Of a stretch of DNA of 64,000 nt, positions 19,189 through 29,588 are shown in pieces. The position numbers and the translations under genes are program-made. Origin of the DNA: Candidatus Omnitrophota bacterium (GTDB lineage: Bacteria > Omnitrophota > Gorgyraeia > Gygaellales > Profunditerraquicolaceae); NCBI GenBank assembly GCA_041649115.1, contig JBAZNT010000006.1, positions 1,301 through 65,300 on the forward strand, written 5' to 3'. The notes beneath the pieces were generated by a model that worked only from the letters and a program-made list of their open reading frames with translations, had not been told where the DNA came from and ran no database searches. Each line of letters opens with the position of its first letter. The first letter of the stretch is position 1.

Positions 19189-20563
19189 CGATACCATTGC
19201 GGCGATTTCTACCATGGCCGGAGAATCCGGGATAGGGATTGTGCGTTTAAGCGGCACTAAGGCCTTAGAGATTGCGGATAGGATATTCGTCTCCAAGGAC
19301 GGCATCCCGCCCTCGGGGTTCAATTCCCACACCCTGCATTACGGCTGGGTGGGGGAGAAAGAGGGCGGCAAGCCACAGATGCTCGATGAGGCACTCCTTA
19401 GCGTGATGCGCGCCCCGCGCTCTTACACCAAGGAGGATGTGGTTGAAATTAACTGTCACGGCGGGATAGTTGTGCTGCGTCGGGTATTAGATCTGGTTTT
19501 AGAAGAGGGGGCCCGTCTCGCGGAGCCCGGAGAATTTACCAAGCGCGCTTTTTTAAAGGGGAGGATTGATCTTTCACAGGCCGAAGCAGTTCTGGATATC
19601 ATCAGGGCAAAGACGGATTCGGCCCTGAGGCTTGGCATAGAGCAATTGAGAGGCGGCCTTGGCAAAGAGATCAAGAGGATGCGCAGGGTTTTGCTTGATG
19701 CCTTGGCAGTTCTGGAGGCAGGCATTGATTTTCCGGAAGACGATGTCGGAGGGCCCGGTTTAAATGCCGTTTCAGAGCGGTTGAGGCAGGTTGATTGCGG
19801 CCTAAAGGACATCTTGGCCACGGCGAACAAGGGCAGGATATTCAGGGAGGGGGCAAGGGCAGTGATCTGCGGCAGGCCCAATGTCGGGAAGTCTTCGCTT
19901 CTAAACGCCCTTTTAAAAGAAGAGCGCGCTATCGTCACCCCGGTTTCCGGCACTACCAGGGATGCCATAGAGGATATTATCGACATGCAGGGGATACCGT
20001 TAAGGATCGTGGATACCGCCGGGATTATCGAGCCGCGCAGTTTGGTGCAAAGGAAAGCGGTGGCGCGTTCGCGGGAACATATGGAGTCGGCGGATCTGGT
20101 CATCCTTTTGTTTGACGGAAACAAAAGACTACAGCCTACGGATAAATTCCTGATGCAAAGGCTCAGGCTTAAAAAGACGCTCGCAGTGATTAACAAGATA
20201 GACCTTCCGCAGAAGATCGAGCGCCAAAAGATCCTAAGGGATTTTCCTTCCGCGGTAGAGATATCAGCCAAGAGGATTAAGAATATCAAGGCCTTGGAAG
20301 ACGCAATTGTCAAGCTGTTGTGTTGCGAAGAGATAGCAGGAGCGCAGCCGGCATTAGTAAGCAACCTGAGGCATTTTAAAAAACTTAAGAAAGCAGAAAA
20401 ACTTATTGCCGGGGCCTTAAAATCGTTGGATAATAAGTTATATCCAGAGCTTATCGCGGAGGATGTAAAAGAGGGATTAGCCCAAATAGATGAAATCTTG
20501 GGCAAGAGGTTTTCCGATGACCTCTTGGATAGGATATTTTCTCAGTTTTGTATCGGTAAATAA
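19169..20563 (+). CDS. mnmE: tRNA modification GTPase MnmE
   Basis: 464 aa. DTIAAIST..G.GGIGIVRLSG N-terminus, GRPNVGKSSLLN G domain, C-terminal CIGK. Confidence 0.9.
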   Translation: MAGYILSDTIAAISTMAGESGIGIVRLSGTKALEIADRIFVSKDGIPPSGFNSHTLHYGWVGEKEGGKPQMLDEALLSVMRAPRSYTKEDVVEINCHGGIVVLRRVLDLVLEEGARLAEPGEFTKRAFLKGRIDLSQAEAVLDIIRAKTDSALRLGIEQLRGGLGKEIKRMRRVLLDALAVLEAGIDFPEDDVGGPGLNAVSERLRQVDCGLKDILATANKGRIFREGARAVICGRPNVGKSSLLNALLKEERAIVTPVSGTTRDAIEDIIDMQGIPLRIVDTAGIIEPRSLVQRKAVARSREHMESADLVILLFDGNKRLQPTDKFLMQRLRLKKTLAVINKIDLPQKIERQKILRDFPSAVEISAKRIKNIKALEDAIVKLLCCEEIAGAQPALVSNLRHFKKLKKAEKLIAGALKSLDNKLYPELIAEDVKEGLAQIDEILGKRFSDDLLDRIFSQFCIGK

Positions 20564-20596
20564 CGCGTTTTCCTACTAATATGCGGCGGAGGGGCG

Positions 20597-21154
20597 ATGG
20601 ATAAAGATAGAATCAAGAAGGCAGTCAGGGACATACTGGAGGCAATAGGAGAAAACCCTAAAAAGAAAGACCTCCAGAATACCCCCCAGCGGGTTGCCGA
20701 GATGTATGAAGAGATATTTTCTGGCATTAAGGAGGATCCCGAGAAGGAGCTCGAGGTTATCCTAGATCAGAAACACGACGAGATTATCCTCCTGAAGGGA
20801 ATCCCTCTTTATAGCGTATGCGAGCACCACCTTCTTCCTTTTATAGGCAGGGCCTATATCGCCTATATCCCAAAGGGCGGGCGCGTTACCGGACTAAGCA
20901 AGATTGCCAGGGTAGTGGAAATACTCTCGCGCAGGCCCCAGATCCAGGAGAGGCTTACGACACAGATAGCGGAAATTATAATGTCTAAGCTTGAACCTAA
21001 AGGGTGCATGGTTATTATTGAGGCTGAGCATCTGTGCATGTCGATGCGCGGAGTAAAAAAACCAGGTACCCTTACCGTTACTTCGGCAGTAAGAGGCATA
21101 TTCCAGAAGAACGAGAAAACCCGCTCCGAAACGCTGGCTTTAATAAGGTCTTAA
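20597..21154 (+). CDS. folE: GTP cyclohydrolase I
   Basis: 185 aa. Motifs [14 protein letters not shown] and HLCM. Confidence 0.9.
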   Translation: MDKDRIKKAVRDILEAIGENPKKKDLQNTPQRVAEMYEEIFSGIKEDPEKELEVILDQKHDEIILLKGIPLYSVCEHHLLPFIGRAYIAYIPKGGRVTGLSKIARVVEILSRRPQIQERLTTQIAEIIMSKLEPKGCMVIIEAEHLCMSMRGVKKPGTLTVTSAVRGIFQKNEKTRSETLALIRS

Positions 21155-21162
21155 AGGAGAAA

Positions 21163-21723
21163 ATGACCATGGCGGGGATTGAGAAGAGAAAAGAGAGAAG
21201 GATTAAGATCTCCCTGCCTATCAGGGTTGTTTATCAGGGGGGCGAGTTCAAGGGGGTAACCGGCAATATCAGCCGTCTTGGCACCTATGCCCAGATTCAG
21301 AAGGAAATTCCGGTAGGCGCTGAGGTAGGGGTAGTTTTAACTATTACCTCTGCCGGTCGAGATTCTTGCGCTAAGGATGAGCTAAGATGCAACGGTAATA
21401 TCTTTCGCGCTGACTTAGCCCGGGAATTAAACGGCAAGAGATACTACGGGTTAGGAATATTTTTCACCGGTTTTCCGGAAGAGAAAGACAGGGAGAGGCT
21501 TTCTGATTACGTCAGGTATCTTATCTCCCGGGAAGAGAAGGCAATCAAAGATGGAGTTAAAGAATGGAAGAGGAAGAAAAGAATGAGGCATGCCGAGAAG
21601 CCCTCTTCCGGGGCCGCCGGGGAGGCGGACGGGAACAGTGAGGTTGTCGGACTCTTGAAGGAGATCCTGAGCCGTCTGGAGGAAATCCGCTCTTTTTTAA
21701 AGGCCTCCGCTAGTAATAAGTAG
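21163..21723 (+). CDS. PilZ domain protein
   Basis: ORF track start at 21034 overlaps folE. The ATG at 21163 follows an AAGGAGA RBS. RKERR...GNISRLG resembles the PilZ RxxxR / D,NxSxxG motifs. Confidence 0.6.
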   Translation: MTMAGIEKRKERRIKISLPIRVVYQGGEFKGVTGNISRLGTYAQIQKEIPVGAEVGVVLTITSAGRDSCAKDELRCNGNIFRADLARELNGKRYYGLGIFFTGFPEEKDRERLSDYVRYLISREEKAIKDGVKEWKRKKRMRHAEKPSSGAAGEADGNSEVVGLLKEILSRLEEIRSFLKASASNK

Positions 21724-21746
21724 CTTCTCGGGATGTCTCTTATTGG

Positions 21747-21775
21747 TTGCACCTTATCCTTGCGCAAGGTATAAT
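21747..21775 (+). promoter_or_regulatory. sigma70-type promoter with palindromic spacer
   Basis: TTGCAC-17-TATAAT. The spacer holds the perfect 12-bp palindrome CCTTGCGCAAGG (21758-21769). Confidence 0.45.
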
Positions 21776-21821
21776 AATCCTGGATTCGCAGGAGCATTAA
21801 TAAAACAGATCGGAGGCTAAG

Positions 21822-22217
21822 ATGCAGGAGAGGCGGGACAGTAAATTCTGGAAGATCAAGTATACCCTCTGGTTTCTTAATATTTTTTTAATCTGCATTA
21901 CCCTTTTAACCGTCATCAGTTTCTATACCCTGGGTAGGCTCGTTACAGAACAACAGCATTCTTTCCAGTGGCGAATCAGTTTTTTTGTTCTGCAATTGTG
22001 TTTCATCGGCATCATCTTCATATTTTTAACCACAATGTTCCTGCTTTTGCATCGTAGCCTCGGTCCCATCCCGCGCCTGGAAAGGATCCTGGATAAGATA
22101 ATCCAGGGCGATTATGCATTACGTTTATCCATCCGTAAAAGAGACATCATCCATTCTTTTATAGGCAAGGTCAACAGCGTGATAGCCTTATTGGAAGAGA
22201 AATCCAAATCCAAGTGA
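21822..22217 (+). CDS. small membrane protein with HAMP-like segment
   Basis: 131 aa. Two hydrophobic helices, then LGPIPRLERILDKIIQGDY...HSFIGKVNSVI, which resembles a HAMP linker. Confidence 0.45.
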   Translation: MQERRDSKFWKIKYTLWFLNIFLICITLLTVISFYTLGRLVTEQQHSFQWRISFFVLQLCFIGIIFIFLTTMFLLLHRSLGPIPRLERILDKIIQGDYALRLSIRKRDIIHSFIGKVNSVIALLEEKSKSK

Positions 22218-22543
22218 AGGTGAAGAACTTCAGGTTCCCGCTTCTGACTATTATAATTGCGGCAGCCCTCCTATTATTGTACGGCGCCATCCAGTACGCC
22301 ATCGTTATTAAAATTCAGAACGATACGTTTCTTTATACTATCAGTCAAAGCATATCCCAGCTGAGTTTGAGATTGCAGAACCTAGAATCAAGGCTGGAGC
22401 GTGCCGGTTGCCTCTACCGAAAATCTCCCCACCGACAGAAACAAAAAGATAAAGTCAGCAGACGAGAGGACAGCTTTTATTACGGCAACCGCGGCTTTAT
22501 AATCAAGAACGGGAAATCCACCCTTTCTGTTACGTCTCCTTAA
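22214..22543 (+). CDS. hypothetical membrane-anchored protein
   Basis: 109 aa with one N-terminal TM helix. Start overlaps the upstream stop. No recognisable domain. Confidence 0.4.
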   Translation: MKVKNFRFPLLTIIIAAALLLLYGAIQYAIVIKIQNDTFLYTISQSISQLSLRLQNLESRLERAGCLYRKSPHRQKQKDKVSRREDSFYYGNRGFIIKNGKSTLSVTSP

Positions 22544-22569
22544 ACAACCGCGAACCGATATTATCTGCG

Positions 22570-23307
22570 ATGAAACAGTTACTGGCTATCCTGATAACGG
22601 CGCTTATTATTATTTTTGCATGGGTGTTCGTGCGTTTTCTCTATTCGCCCCGGAACAGGGCCCAGATTGTCGATGAGATAATGTCTTCCAAGCGCATACG
22701 TTTGTCAAACCGCGAACTGGAAGAAGAGTTGACTTTTTTTCTCGCCAGTAAGCTTGGGATATACGAAGGGAGCTTTGAGATCGTTGATATCGTAAATCTA
22801 AAAACATATGAGATGGCGGGAGCAGATTACCTTTTAGTGACCGTGAGAACACCCGATGGTAAACTCTGCCAGGTTGTTGTTTCGCGAAAGGCGGGGGCCT
22901 GGGGCAAATGGGAAATCCAGCAGGGGACATTCAGGTTAATCAAGGCCGCCGGCGAAAAGGGTGCTGCCGTTTATTCCGAGAAGAAAAAGTTTTGGATGAA
23001 AGAGCTGGGGGTTACGGCCGATGAGTTACGGCAGTATTACAGGGCTCATCCCGAAGCGATACTCAAGGGGGATGACCTATTTTTTGATGAGGAAACCGGG
23101 ATTGCGCATCTTCCAGCAGATTGGTTTAAGACGGTAAAACCGGAGATTTCTTATAAACTCTCCGTTGATAAAAACGGACCGGCACGTTTTGTCCCCGAGA
23201 TGCAGGCCAAGCCGGCAGATGCCTTCTGGCAGCCGGATTATCCCGCTGATTATCTCGGAGGAGGCTACCGCTCTTACCTTTACGAAAAGATAAAAGAGAG
23301 TAAGTAA
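22570..23307 (+). CDS. hypothetical membrane-anchored protein
   Basis: 245 aa with one N-terminal TM helix. No recognisable domain. Confidence 0.5.
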   Translation: MKQLLAILITALIIIFAWVFVRFLYSPRNRAQIVDEIMSSKRIRLSNRELEEELTFFLASKLGIYEGSFEIVDIVNLKTYEMAGADYLLVTVRTPDGKLCQVVVSRKAGAWGKWEIQQGTFRLIKAAGEKGAAVYSEKKKFWMKELGVTADELRQYYRAHPEAILKGDDLFFDEETGIAHLPADWFKTVKPEISYKLSVDKNGPARFVPEMQAKPADAFWQPDYPADYLGGGYRSYLYEKIKESK

Positions 23308-23316
23308 TCCGACATT

Positions 23317-24996
23317 ATGATTAAGGGAAGTCCAAAGATTGCGATTCTGCTGCAGCTGGCATTGATAATAGGGCTGGGGTTTGCGGTTTACGCCAACTCG
23401 CTCGGCAACTCATTTGTCTGGGACGATTATCAGCTTATCGTAAACAACGATTTCGTCAAATCCTGGACAAACCTGCCGGATGTCTTTAATAAATCCTATC
23501 TGAGCCCATTCATAAAAAGGGGTTGCTGTTTTTTTGTGGATTATTCGAGCGGTTCGGGAGAAAGCTATTACCGTCCCGTCGTGACGCTTTCTTATTTTAT
23601 GGATTATTCTCTATGGAGGCTCAATCCCTTCGGTTATCACTTAACCAATCTTACGTTGCATATGATTAATGCGCTGCTGCTGTATTTTTTTATAAGACTG
23701 ATAGCGCCAGGGAGAAAGATAGCGCTGTTAGGGTCTTTGCTGTTTGTGCTTCATCCCGTTAATTCCGAGGTCGTCAACAACATATCTTTCAGGGAGGACC
23801 TTCTGGTTTTTTTATTTTGTATCTCCTCATTTATTTTGTTTATTAAGTCCGAGGGCTTGCGGGGAATCAGGAGGTCAGGTTTTTATATTGCTTCGCTTAT
23901 TTTGTTTTTCCTGGCGTTATTCTCCAAGGAGATGGCCATAACCCTGCCGTTCTTGCTGGTATTATACGATTACTATTTTGTCGCCCCCCTAAGACGGGAG
24001 CGGCCTTGGGCGCGGTTTAAATCCCGTTATGCCGGCTATATTATCATCGCCTTGTTTTATCTCTGGGTCAGATTCTTCCTGATAGCCAACAATGCCGAAC
24101 CGCCGTTAACCTACCCGGGAGGCAGCTTCTATTCCGATATCCTGACGATGTCCAGGGTTGTAGCAGCTTATGTAAGATGGATTATTTTCCCGGTCGGCAT
24201 ACTTGTCAGCATGCCGGCTCAATCCTATCTGGTTTCTGACTCCATCTCGGATCCGCACGTCTTGGCATCGTTATTTTTGATAGCTGCAATTTTGGCTATT
24301 GCCGTAAAGACGCGTAAGAAGTCCGGCGAGATTTCTTTCGGCATGTTCTGGTTTTTTATTGCCTTGTTTCCGGTATCCAATATCATTCCCATCTCGAATT
24401 ACATTGCCAGCAGATACCTGTATATGCCGCTGGCGGGATTCTCTGTTGCGTTTTCTGTTTTTCTCTTAAGGCTTGGTGACATAAAGTTTTGGTCATTGCC
24501 TCCGGTGGCGCTCCGGCAGATAAGAAAAGACACGATACTCCTGATATTGGTTTTTTATTCCGTATTTACCGTTGTAGGCAACGCCTTATGGAGCAACGAT
24601 ACGGTACTCTTCGCAGAGATGGCAGAGAGATATCCGGATAACGCCCTAGTGCATTTGAGCCTGGGCAATTCTTTAAGAAGGAGCGGGTTAGCGGCCGACT
24701 CCATAGCCGAATATAAAACAGCCATTGACTTGAATCCGGCCCTTGCCGATGCGTACAATGGGTTAGGCATGGCGCTCGGGGCTATGCAGCAGTACCGAAA
24801 GGCGAAGGATTATTTTTCGGAGGCCATAAAGATCGACCCGCTTTATTCGGCCGCTTATAACAACCTCGGTGTTATCTATGCACAGATGAAAAAATGGAAA
24901 GAAGCAAAGGATAACTGGAGAGCGGCTTTGCGGATAAGCCCGGATTACAAAGAAGCGCGCGACAACATTAGGAAAATCGAAGAGATGGGGTATTAA
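23317..24996 (+). CDS. polytopic membrane protein with C-terminal TPR repeats (GT-C/TMTC-like architecture)
   Basis: 559 aa. About ten hydrophobic segments followed by TPR units (AEYKTAIDLNP, YNGLGMAL, YNNLGVIY). Confidence 0.65.
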   Translation: MIKGSPKIAILLQLALIIGLGFAVYANSLGNSFVWDDYQLIVNNDFVKSWTNLPDVFNKSYLSPFIKRGCCFFVDYSSGSGESYYRPVVTLSYFMDYSLWRLNPFGYHLTNLTLHMINALLLYFFIRLIAPGRKIALLGSLLFVLHPVNSEVVNNISFREDLLVFLFCISSFILFIKSEGLRGIRRSGFYIASLILFFLALFSKEMAITLPFLLVLYDYYFVAPLRRERPWARFKSRYAGYIIIALFYLWVRFFLIANNAEPPLTYPGGSFYSDILTMSRVVAAYVRWIIFPVGILVSMPAQSYLVSDSISDPHVLASLFLIAAILAIAVKTRKKSGEISFGMFWFFIALFPVSNIIPISNYIASRYLYMPLAGFSVAFSVFLLRLGDIKFWSLPPVALRQIRKDTILLILVFYSVFTVVGNALWSNDTVLFAEMAERYPDNALVHLSLGNSLRRSGLAADSIAEYKTAIDLNPALADAYNGLGMALGAMQQYRKAKDYFSEAIKIDPLYSAAYNNLGVIYAQMKKWKEAKDNWRAALRISPDYKEARDNIRKIEEMGY

Positions 24997-25129
24997 TTCC
25001 GGCGCGTTTATGGCTTTTTCCCGTTGCATTACGGATGATATTTTTATCCAACAGATAAGCATTAATGATAACCAAGTATTTCGGTAAACAAGTTATAAAT
25101 CTGGAATTAACCTCTGAAGGGCTATTGTT

Positions 25130-26602
25130 TTGAGTATAGGCAAACGAATCAAAATTCCTCTCTGGCAGAAAACAATCCTTATTATTTTTGGTTTATTTCT
25201 AACACTGGTTGTTCTTGAGGTCGGATTAAGGCTGGGAGGAGGTTTAATTTTATTTCTGCAGGAACGCAGGAACTTATTATTTTTAGGACAAAAAGGCGAA
25301 TGCCGCATTGTATGTTTCGGAGAGTCCACTACCCAGGGGCAATATCCTTTGTTTTTAGAAGAGGCGCTTAATCGGCGTAAGATAGGCATAAAGTTTATCG
25401 TGATAGATAAGGGTATCCCCGGCACTAATACAGGATTTATAACATCGCAACTGGAAGCCAGCATCGATAAATATCAGCCCGATATAGTAGTTACCATGAT
25501 GGGGACAAATGATTTCGGAATCCATATGCCTTATGAAGCAGATTTAATGATGCAACGCAGGTCACCTTTAAAATCCCTTAGAATCTATAAGCTGATGAGG
25601 TTTCTTCAGCTGCATATTATAACGAAAGCTAAAGAAAGCGGGTTCTATAAGGCGCGTGATGATAATTGGTCAGTTCAAAGATTGAGGCATAACCTCCAAA
25701 AAGTTGGGTTAAAAACAGCCTATATTCAACAGAGTATTCTTGTCAACCAGGAGATAAATTCCAAAAAAGCCCTGGAGTCTAATCCCGCTAATGACTGGGC
25801 ATACGTTGGGCTGGGGTGGGTTTATGTAAATCAGGGGAAGCCCGCCGAGGCAGAGACAGCGTTTAAAAAAGCCCTGGAGTCCAATCCCGCTAATGACTGG
25901 GCATACGTTGGGCTGGGGTGGGTTTATGTAAATCAGGGGAAGCCCGCCGAGGCAGAGACAGCGTTTAAAAAAGCCCTGGAGTCTAATCCCGCTAATGACT
26001 GGGCATACGTTGGGCTGGGATGGCTTTATATATACCGTGGCAGGACCCTTGAGGCAGAGACAGCGTTTAAAAAAGCCCTGGAGTCTAATCCCGCTAATGA
26101 CTGGGCATACGTTGGGCTGGGATGGCTTTATATATACCTTGGCAGGCCCCTTGAGGCAGAAGAGACGTTCAGTAAGACTCTTGAGCCCGACTCCGTTAAA
26201 GGTTACGCGTACGCAAGTTTGGGAGCGTTATATGCTGATATGGCGGGTTATAATAATACTGATAAAGCAATGCGGATTCGCGAAAGATTTTATAACCCCG
26301 TGACAATTAATAATTACTACAGGTTTAAGCAAATTATAGATAGGAGGAAAATAATATGGGTTTGCGCGCAGTACCCCATGCGCAGCATAGAGCCGCTAAA
26401 GAAAATGTTTCGGGGTGATGGTAAAGGAGTCATATTTGTAGATAATGAGAGGATATTTAAAGATGCGGTAGCGGCGCATGGTTACCAAAATTATTTCAAG
26501 GATATGTTCGGTGGTGAGTTCGGACATTGTACCACTGAAGGGAACAGGCTTCTGGCCGAAAATATCGCCGATGTAATACTGCGAGAATGCTTTCATAAAT
26601 AG
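25130..26602 (+). CDS. SGNH/GDSL-like hydrolase with inserted TPR repeats
   Basis: 490 aa, TTG start. N-terminal TM helix, CFGESTTQG block-I-like motif, four 34-aa TPR units, C-terminal catalytic-like region. Confidence 0.6.
   Translation: MSIGKRIKIPLWQKTILIIFGLFLTLVVLEVGLRLGGGLILFLQERRNLLFLGQKGECRIVCFGESTTQGQYPLFLEEALNRRKIGIKFIVIDKGIPGTNTGFITSQLEASIDKYQPDIVVTMMGTNDFGIHMPYEADLMMQRRSPLKSLRIYKLMRFLQLHIITKAKESGFYKARDDNWSVQRLRHNLQKVGLKTAYIQQSILVNQEINSKKALESNPANDWAYVGLGWVYVNQGKPAEAETAFKKALESNPANDWAYVGLGWVYVNQGKPAEAETAFKKALESNPANDWAYVGLGWLYIYRGRTLEAETAFKKALESNPANDWAYVGLGWLYIYLGRPLEAEETFSKTLEPDSVKGYAYASLGALYADMAGYNNTDKAMRIRERFYNPVTINNYYRFKQIIDRRKIIWVCAQYPMRSIEPLKKMFRGDGKGVIFVDNERIFKDAVAAHGYQNYFKDMFGGEFGHCTTEGNRLLAENIADVILRECFHK
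25763..26170 (+). repeat. intragenic tandem repeat, 4 x 102 bp (TPR units)
   Basis: Units start at 25763, 25865, 25967 and 26069. Units 1/2 differ by a single base and units 3/4 by a few bases (AABB pattern). Confidence 0.9.
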
Positions 26603-26729
26603 AATTCTTATCTGAGATTTCGATCCATGCTCCTGCGCTGGGTAGCCTTTAGTCATATGTTCCGCTTCCATAGGGCAATCCAAATGCCCGGGTGACGCTT
26701 AAATGACTTCTGCTCCCGCATAATATGTT

Positions 26730-27749
26730 ATGAAAATAATAAAACATTTATTCTTCGGAACAATCGCTGCTATAATCGCGATCGGATTTATTTTGCTTTC
26801 TTTAGAGTTATTTTTACGGATAAATAAAAAGATATGGCATATTACTACTTCCTATAAGGTTAATACAAGTGCATGGCTAGAGAACGTCTTATTACAAAAA
26901 AAACGCCATTCGTCATTGCTAGGATTTGAAAATATCCCAAATGCTGGAGGCGTTAATTCATACGGATTAGTAAGTAGAGAATATAAACTTAAAAAGGGCA
27001 AAAATACATTCCGTATTTTAATTCTCGGCGATTCTATCGCTGAAGGGTTTGATAATTGTCTCTTTGAGAGCCTGCTTAACGAAAGCCCGGTTAAGCGTCC
27101 AAACTATAAGTACGAGGTCTGGAATGGTAGTGTGGGGGCATACGACGTCAGGCGGTATTATTTATATCTCAAAAACAGGGGATTGCATTATAAACCGGAT
27201 TTGGTTTTTATTTTTTTCTGCTTGAATGATTTTGATATTGATACCAGCGTTTATTATAAAGACGAAAAGGGGGCAATTAAGTATAATTTCCATAGCAGTA
27301 GTGGATTAATGAGAAGGTATACACCCAATCCGTTTCTTATGCGTTATTCCTATCTCTACCGGTTTATAATTTTGAGATTAAATAGCTATATGTTGAGTAT
27401 GGAAGAAAAAAGATGCGGTCTCAGCTCAGAACAAGAAGAAGGGCTATATTATTTAAAGGAGATTAAAAACCTTTGCGATAAGAACCACCTCCCTTTATTT
27501 GCAGTGGTTTTCCCTTATTTGAAACCTCCCAGTGAATATTATAGTTATCAGCAGAAACAATATGGAATTATCACGCACGCGCTAAAGGATTTAGATATTA
27601 CTTATCTCGATCTGCACCATCATTTGCCGCAAGAAGAACTGATTGGCTTAAGAATGAAGAAGGAAGACGAAATGCACCCCAGTCTTGAGGGGTATCGAAT
27701 TATAGCAAGAATAATCTATAATAACTTTTTCGGGCAACGGCAAAAGTAG
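26730..27749 (+). CDS. SGNH/GDSL family hydrolase
   Basis: 339 aa. N-terminal TM helix, ILILGDSIAEG block I, later DEMHPS-type block V. Confidence 0.65.
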   Translation: MKIIKHLFFGTIAAIIAIGFILLSLELFLRINKKIWHITTSYKVNTSAWLENVLLQKKRHSSLLGFENIPNAGGVNSYGLVSREYKLKKGKNTFRILILGDSIAEGFDNCLFESLLNESPVKRPNYKYEVWNGSVGAYDVRRYYLYLKNRGLHYKPDLVFIFFCLNDFDIDTSVYYKDEKGAIKYNFHSSSGLMRRYTPNPFLMRYSYLYRFIILRLNSYMLSMEEKRCGLSSEQEEGLYYLKEIKNLCDKNHLPLFAVVFPYLKPPSEYYSYQQKQYGIITHALKDLDITYLDLHHHLPQEELIGLRMKKEDEMHPSLEGYRIIARIIYNNFFGQRQK

Positions 27750-27939
27750 CAGCCATTCTTGAGACAGCCGCCTTTGTTTTTACCAACATCATACGAATAA
27801 ATTGGATTTGTTAGTTGTAGAAAATATGAAGATATTTTAGCTATATTAGATTTGCTAAGTTAAAACGCACCCTCTTCGCATTATGTCTCTTCTGGCTATC
27901 AGCAGCGCAGGCAGGTAGTTAAAGGTCCCCCGCAATATT

Positions 27940-29481
27940 TTACATAAAAAAATTCCTGTCTAAAGAGCGATATTGTATCGCCTCTGAGAGGTGCTCTGTT
28001 TTTATCTGTTCCGTTCCGGCCAAATCCGCAATCGTCCTGGAAACCTTTAATATCTTGTCATAGGCGCGGGCAGAGAGATTCAGCTCTGCCATGGCGGTCT
28101 TTAAAAGCCCATTTTCTTCGCTGCCCAATAGGCAGAATTCCCTTACCTGCCTGTGGTTCATCTGGGCGTTATGGAATATCCCTTCATATTTAAAGCGTTG
28201 CGCTTGTATAAGGCGCGCTTTATTTACCCTTTTCTTAATCTCTGTAGAATTCTCTGCCGGCAGGCTGCTACTTAATTCCTGGTATCTTGCCGCAGGGACC
28301 TCTATGTGTATATCAATCCTGTCCAGGAGGGGGCCGGATATTTTAGAGCGGTAACTATGAACCTTATTCGGCGTGCACCTGCATGAGGAGCGAGGGTCGC
28401 TGTAGTGGCCGCAGGGGCAGGGGTTCATGGCGCATACCAGCATGAAGGAGGCCGGGAAAGTGAAAGATTTATCAACGCGCGAAACCCTGATACTGCCCTC
28501 TTCCAGCGGCTGCCTTAAAGATTCCAGGCAGTCCCTGCGAAATTCCGGAAGTTCATCCAGGAACAGGACGCCGTAATGCGCCAGGCTTATCTCCCCGGGT
28601 TGAGGCGTGGAGCCGCCTCCGGTCAGTGCCGCCTCCGAGGTATTGTGATGCGGAGCGCGAAAGGGACGTTTTGCAATAACCCCCTCTTTGGGCAGTAGTG
28701 TTCCGGCAGCGGAATGAATACGCGTTATCTCCAGGGCTTCCCTAAGGCTTAAGTCAGGCATGATGGTTGGTATTCTTTTGGCAAGCATAGTCTTGCCGCC
28801 TCCCGGCGGCCCGATCATAAGTATATTGTGGTTTCCGCTTACCGCGATTTCCAGGGCGCGTTTGGCATAATGCTGACCTTTTACTTCAGCGAAATCCATG
28901 TGATAACGGCGGTTGTCACTGAATAATTCTTGAGTATCCAACTTAAAAGGCCGATAGCACTCCGGCGTATTTAGAAATTCTACGCTTTCGCACAGGGTTT
29001 TAATAGGCCATACGTTAATCTCGGGGATTATTGCCGCCTCCCGGGCATTGTCATCCGGACAGATCAGATTCTTGATATTTGATTTGGCGGCTGCAGTGCT
29101 TATGGGGAGCGCCCCGCGTATGGGTCTAAGCGACCCCTTTAGGGATAACTCTCCAAGGATATAATATTGTTCCAGCCTTTGGCTGTTTAGTTGTCCTGTG
29201 GCGGCGAGTACCCCAAGCGCAATCGCCAGGTCAAAACTGGCCCCTTCTTTTCTAAGGCCGGAAGGCGCCAGGTTTACGGTAATCCTTTCGCCGGGCCAAT
29301 CGAAGCCGGAGTTCTTTATAGCTGATTTTACCCTTTCCCGGCTCTCTCTTATAGCTGCATCTGCCAATCCCACCAGGTTTACTGCCGGCAGTCCGCAGGA
29401 GACATCCACCTCTATCTCTATTGGATAGGCCTCGATGCCGGAGAGTCCAAAACTCATGATTTTTGCCAGCATATTTGCCAC
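27940..29481 (-). CDS. YifB/ComM family Mg-chelatase-like AAA+ ATPase
   Basis: 513 aa. Lon-protease-like N-terminal domain, GPPGGGKT Walker A, VLFLDE Walker B. Confidence 0.9.
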   Translation of the reverse strand: MANMLAKIMSFGLSGIEAYPIEIEVDVSCGLPAVNLVGLADAAIRESRERVKSAIKNSGFDWPGERITVNLAPSGLRKEGASFDLAIALGVLAATGQLNSQRLEQYYILGELSLKGSLRPIRGALPISTAAAKSNIKNLICPDDNAREAAIIPEINVWPIKTLCESVEFLNTPECYRPFKLDTQELFSDNRRYHMDFAEVKGQHYAKRALEIAVSGNHNILMIGPPGGGKTMLAKRIPTIMPDLSLREALEITRIHSAAGTLLPKEGVIAKRPFRAPHHNTSEAALTGGGSTPQPGEISLAHYGVLFLDELPEFRRDCLESLRQPLEEGSIRVSRVDKSFTFPASFMLVCAMNPCPCGHYSDPRSSCRCTPNKVHSYRSKISGPLLDRIDIHIEVPAARYQELSSSLPAENSTEIKKRVNKARLIQAQRFKYEGIFHNAQMNHRQVREFCLLGSEENGLLKTAMAELNLSARAYDKILKVSRTIADLAGTEQIKTEHLSEAIQYRSLDRNFFM

Positions 29482-29588
29482 CTCCGTTTTAATAGACGCG
29501 CTTAAAAGCCGAATCTAACATATTTTCATAGGAGCTTTTTAGAACGGAGCTTTTGTGTTATAATAAGACACCTAAAAAGAGGCGCAGG

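Noticed and set aside
19456-20505. 349-aa ORF on the minus strand
   Set aside because: It lies entirely antisense within mnmE, which has unmistakable GTPase motifs. The sequence is low-complexity and Ser/Ala/Arg-rich with no RBS. It is a typical shadow ORF.
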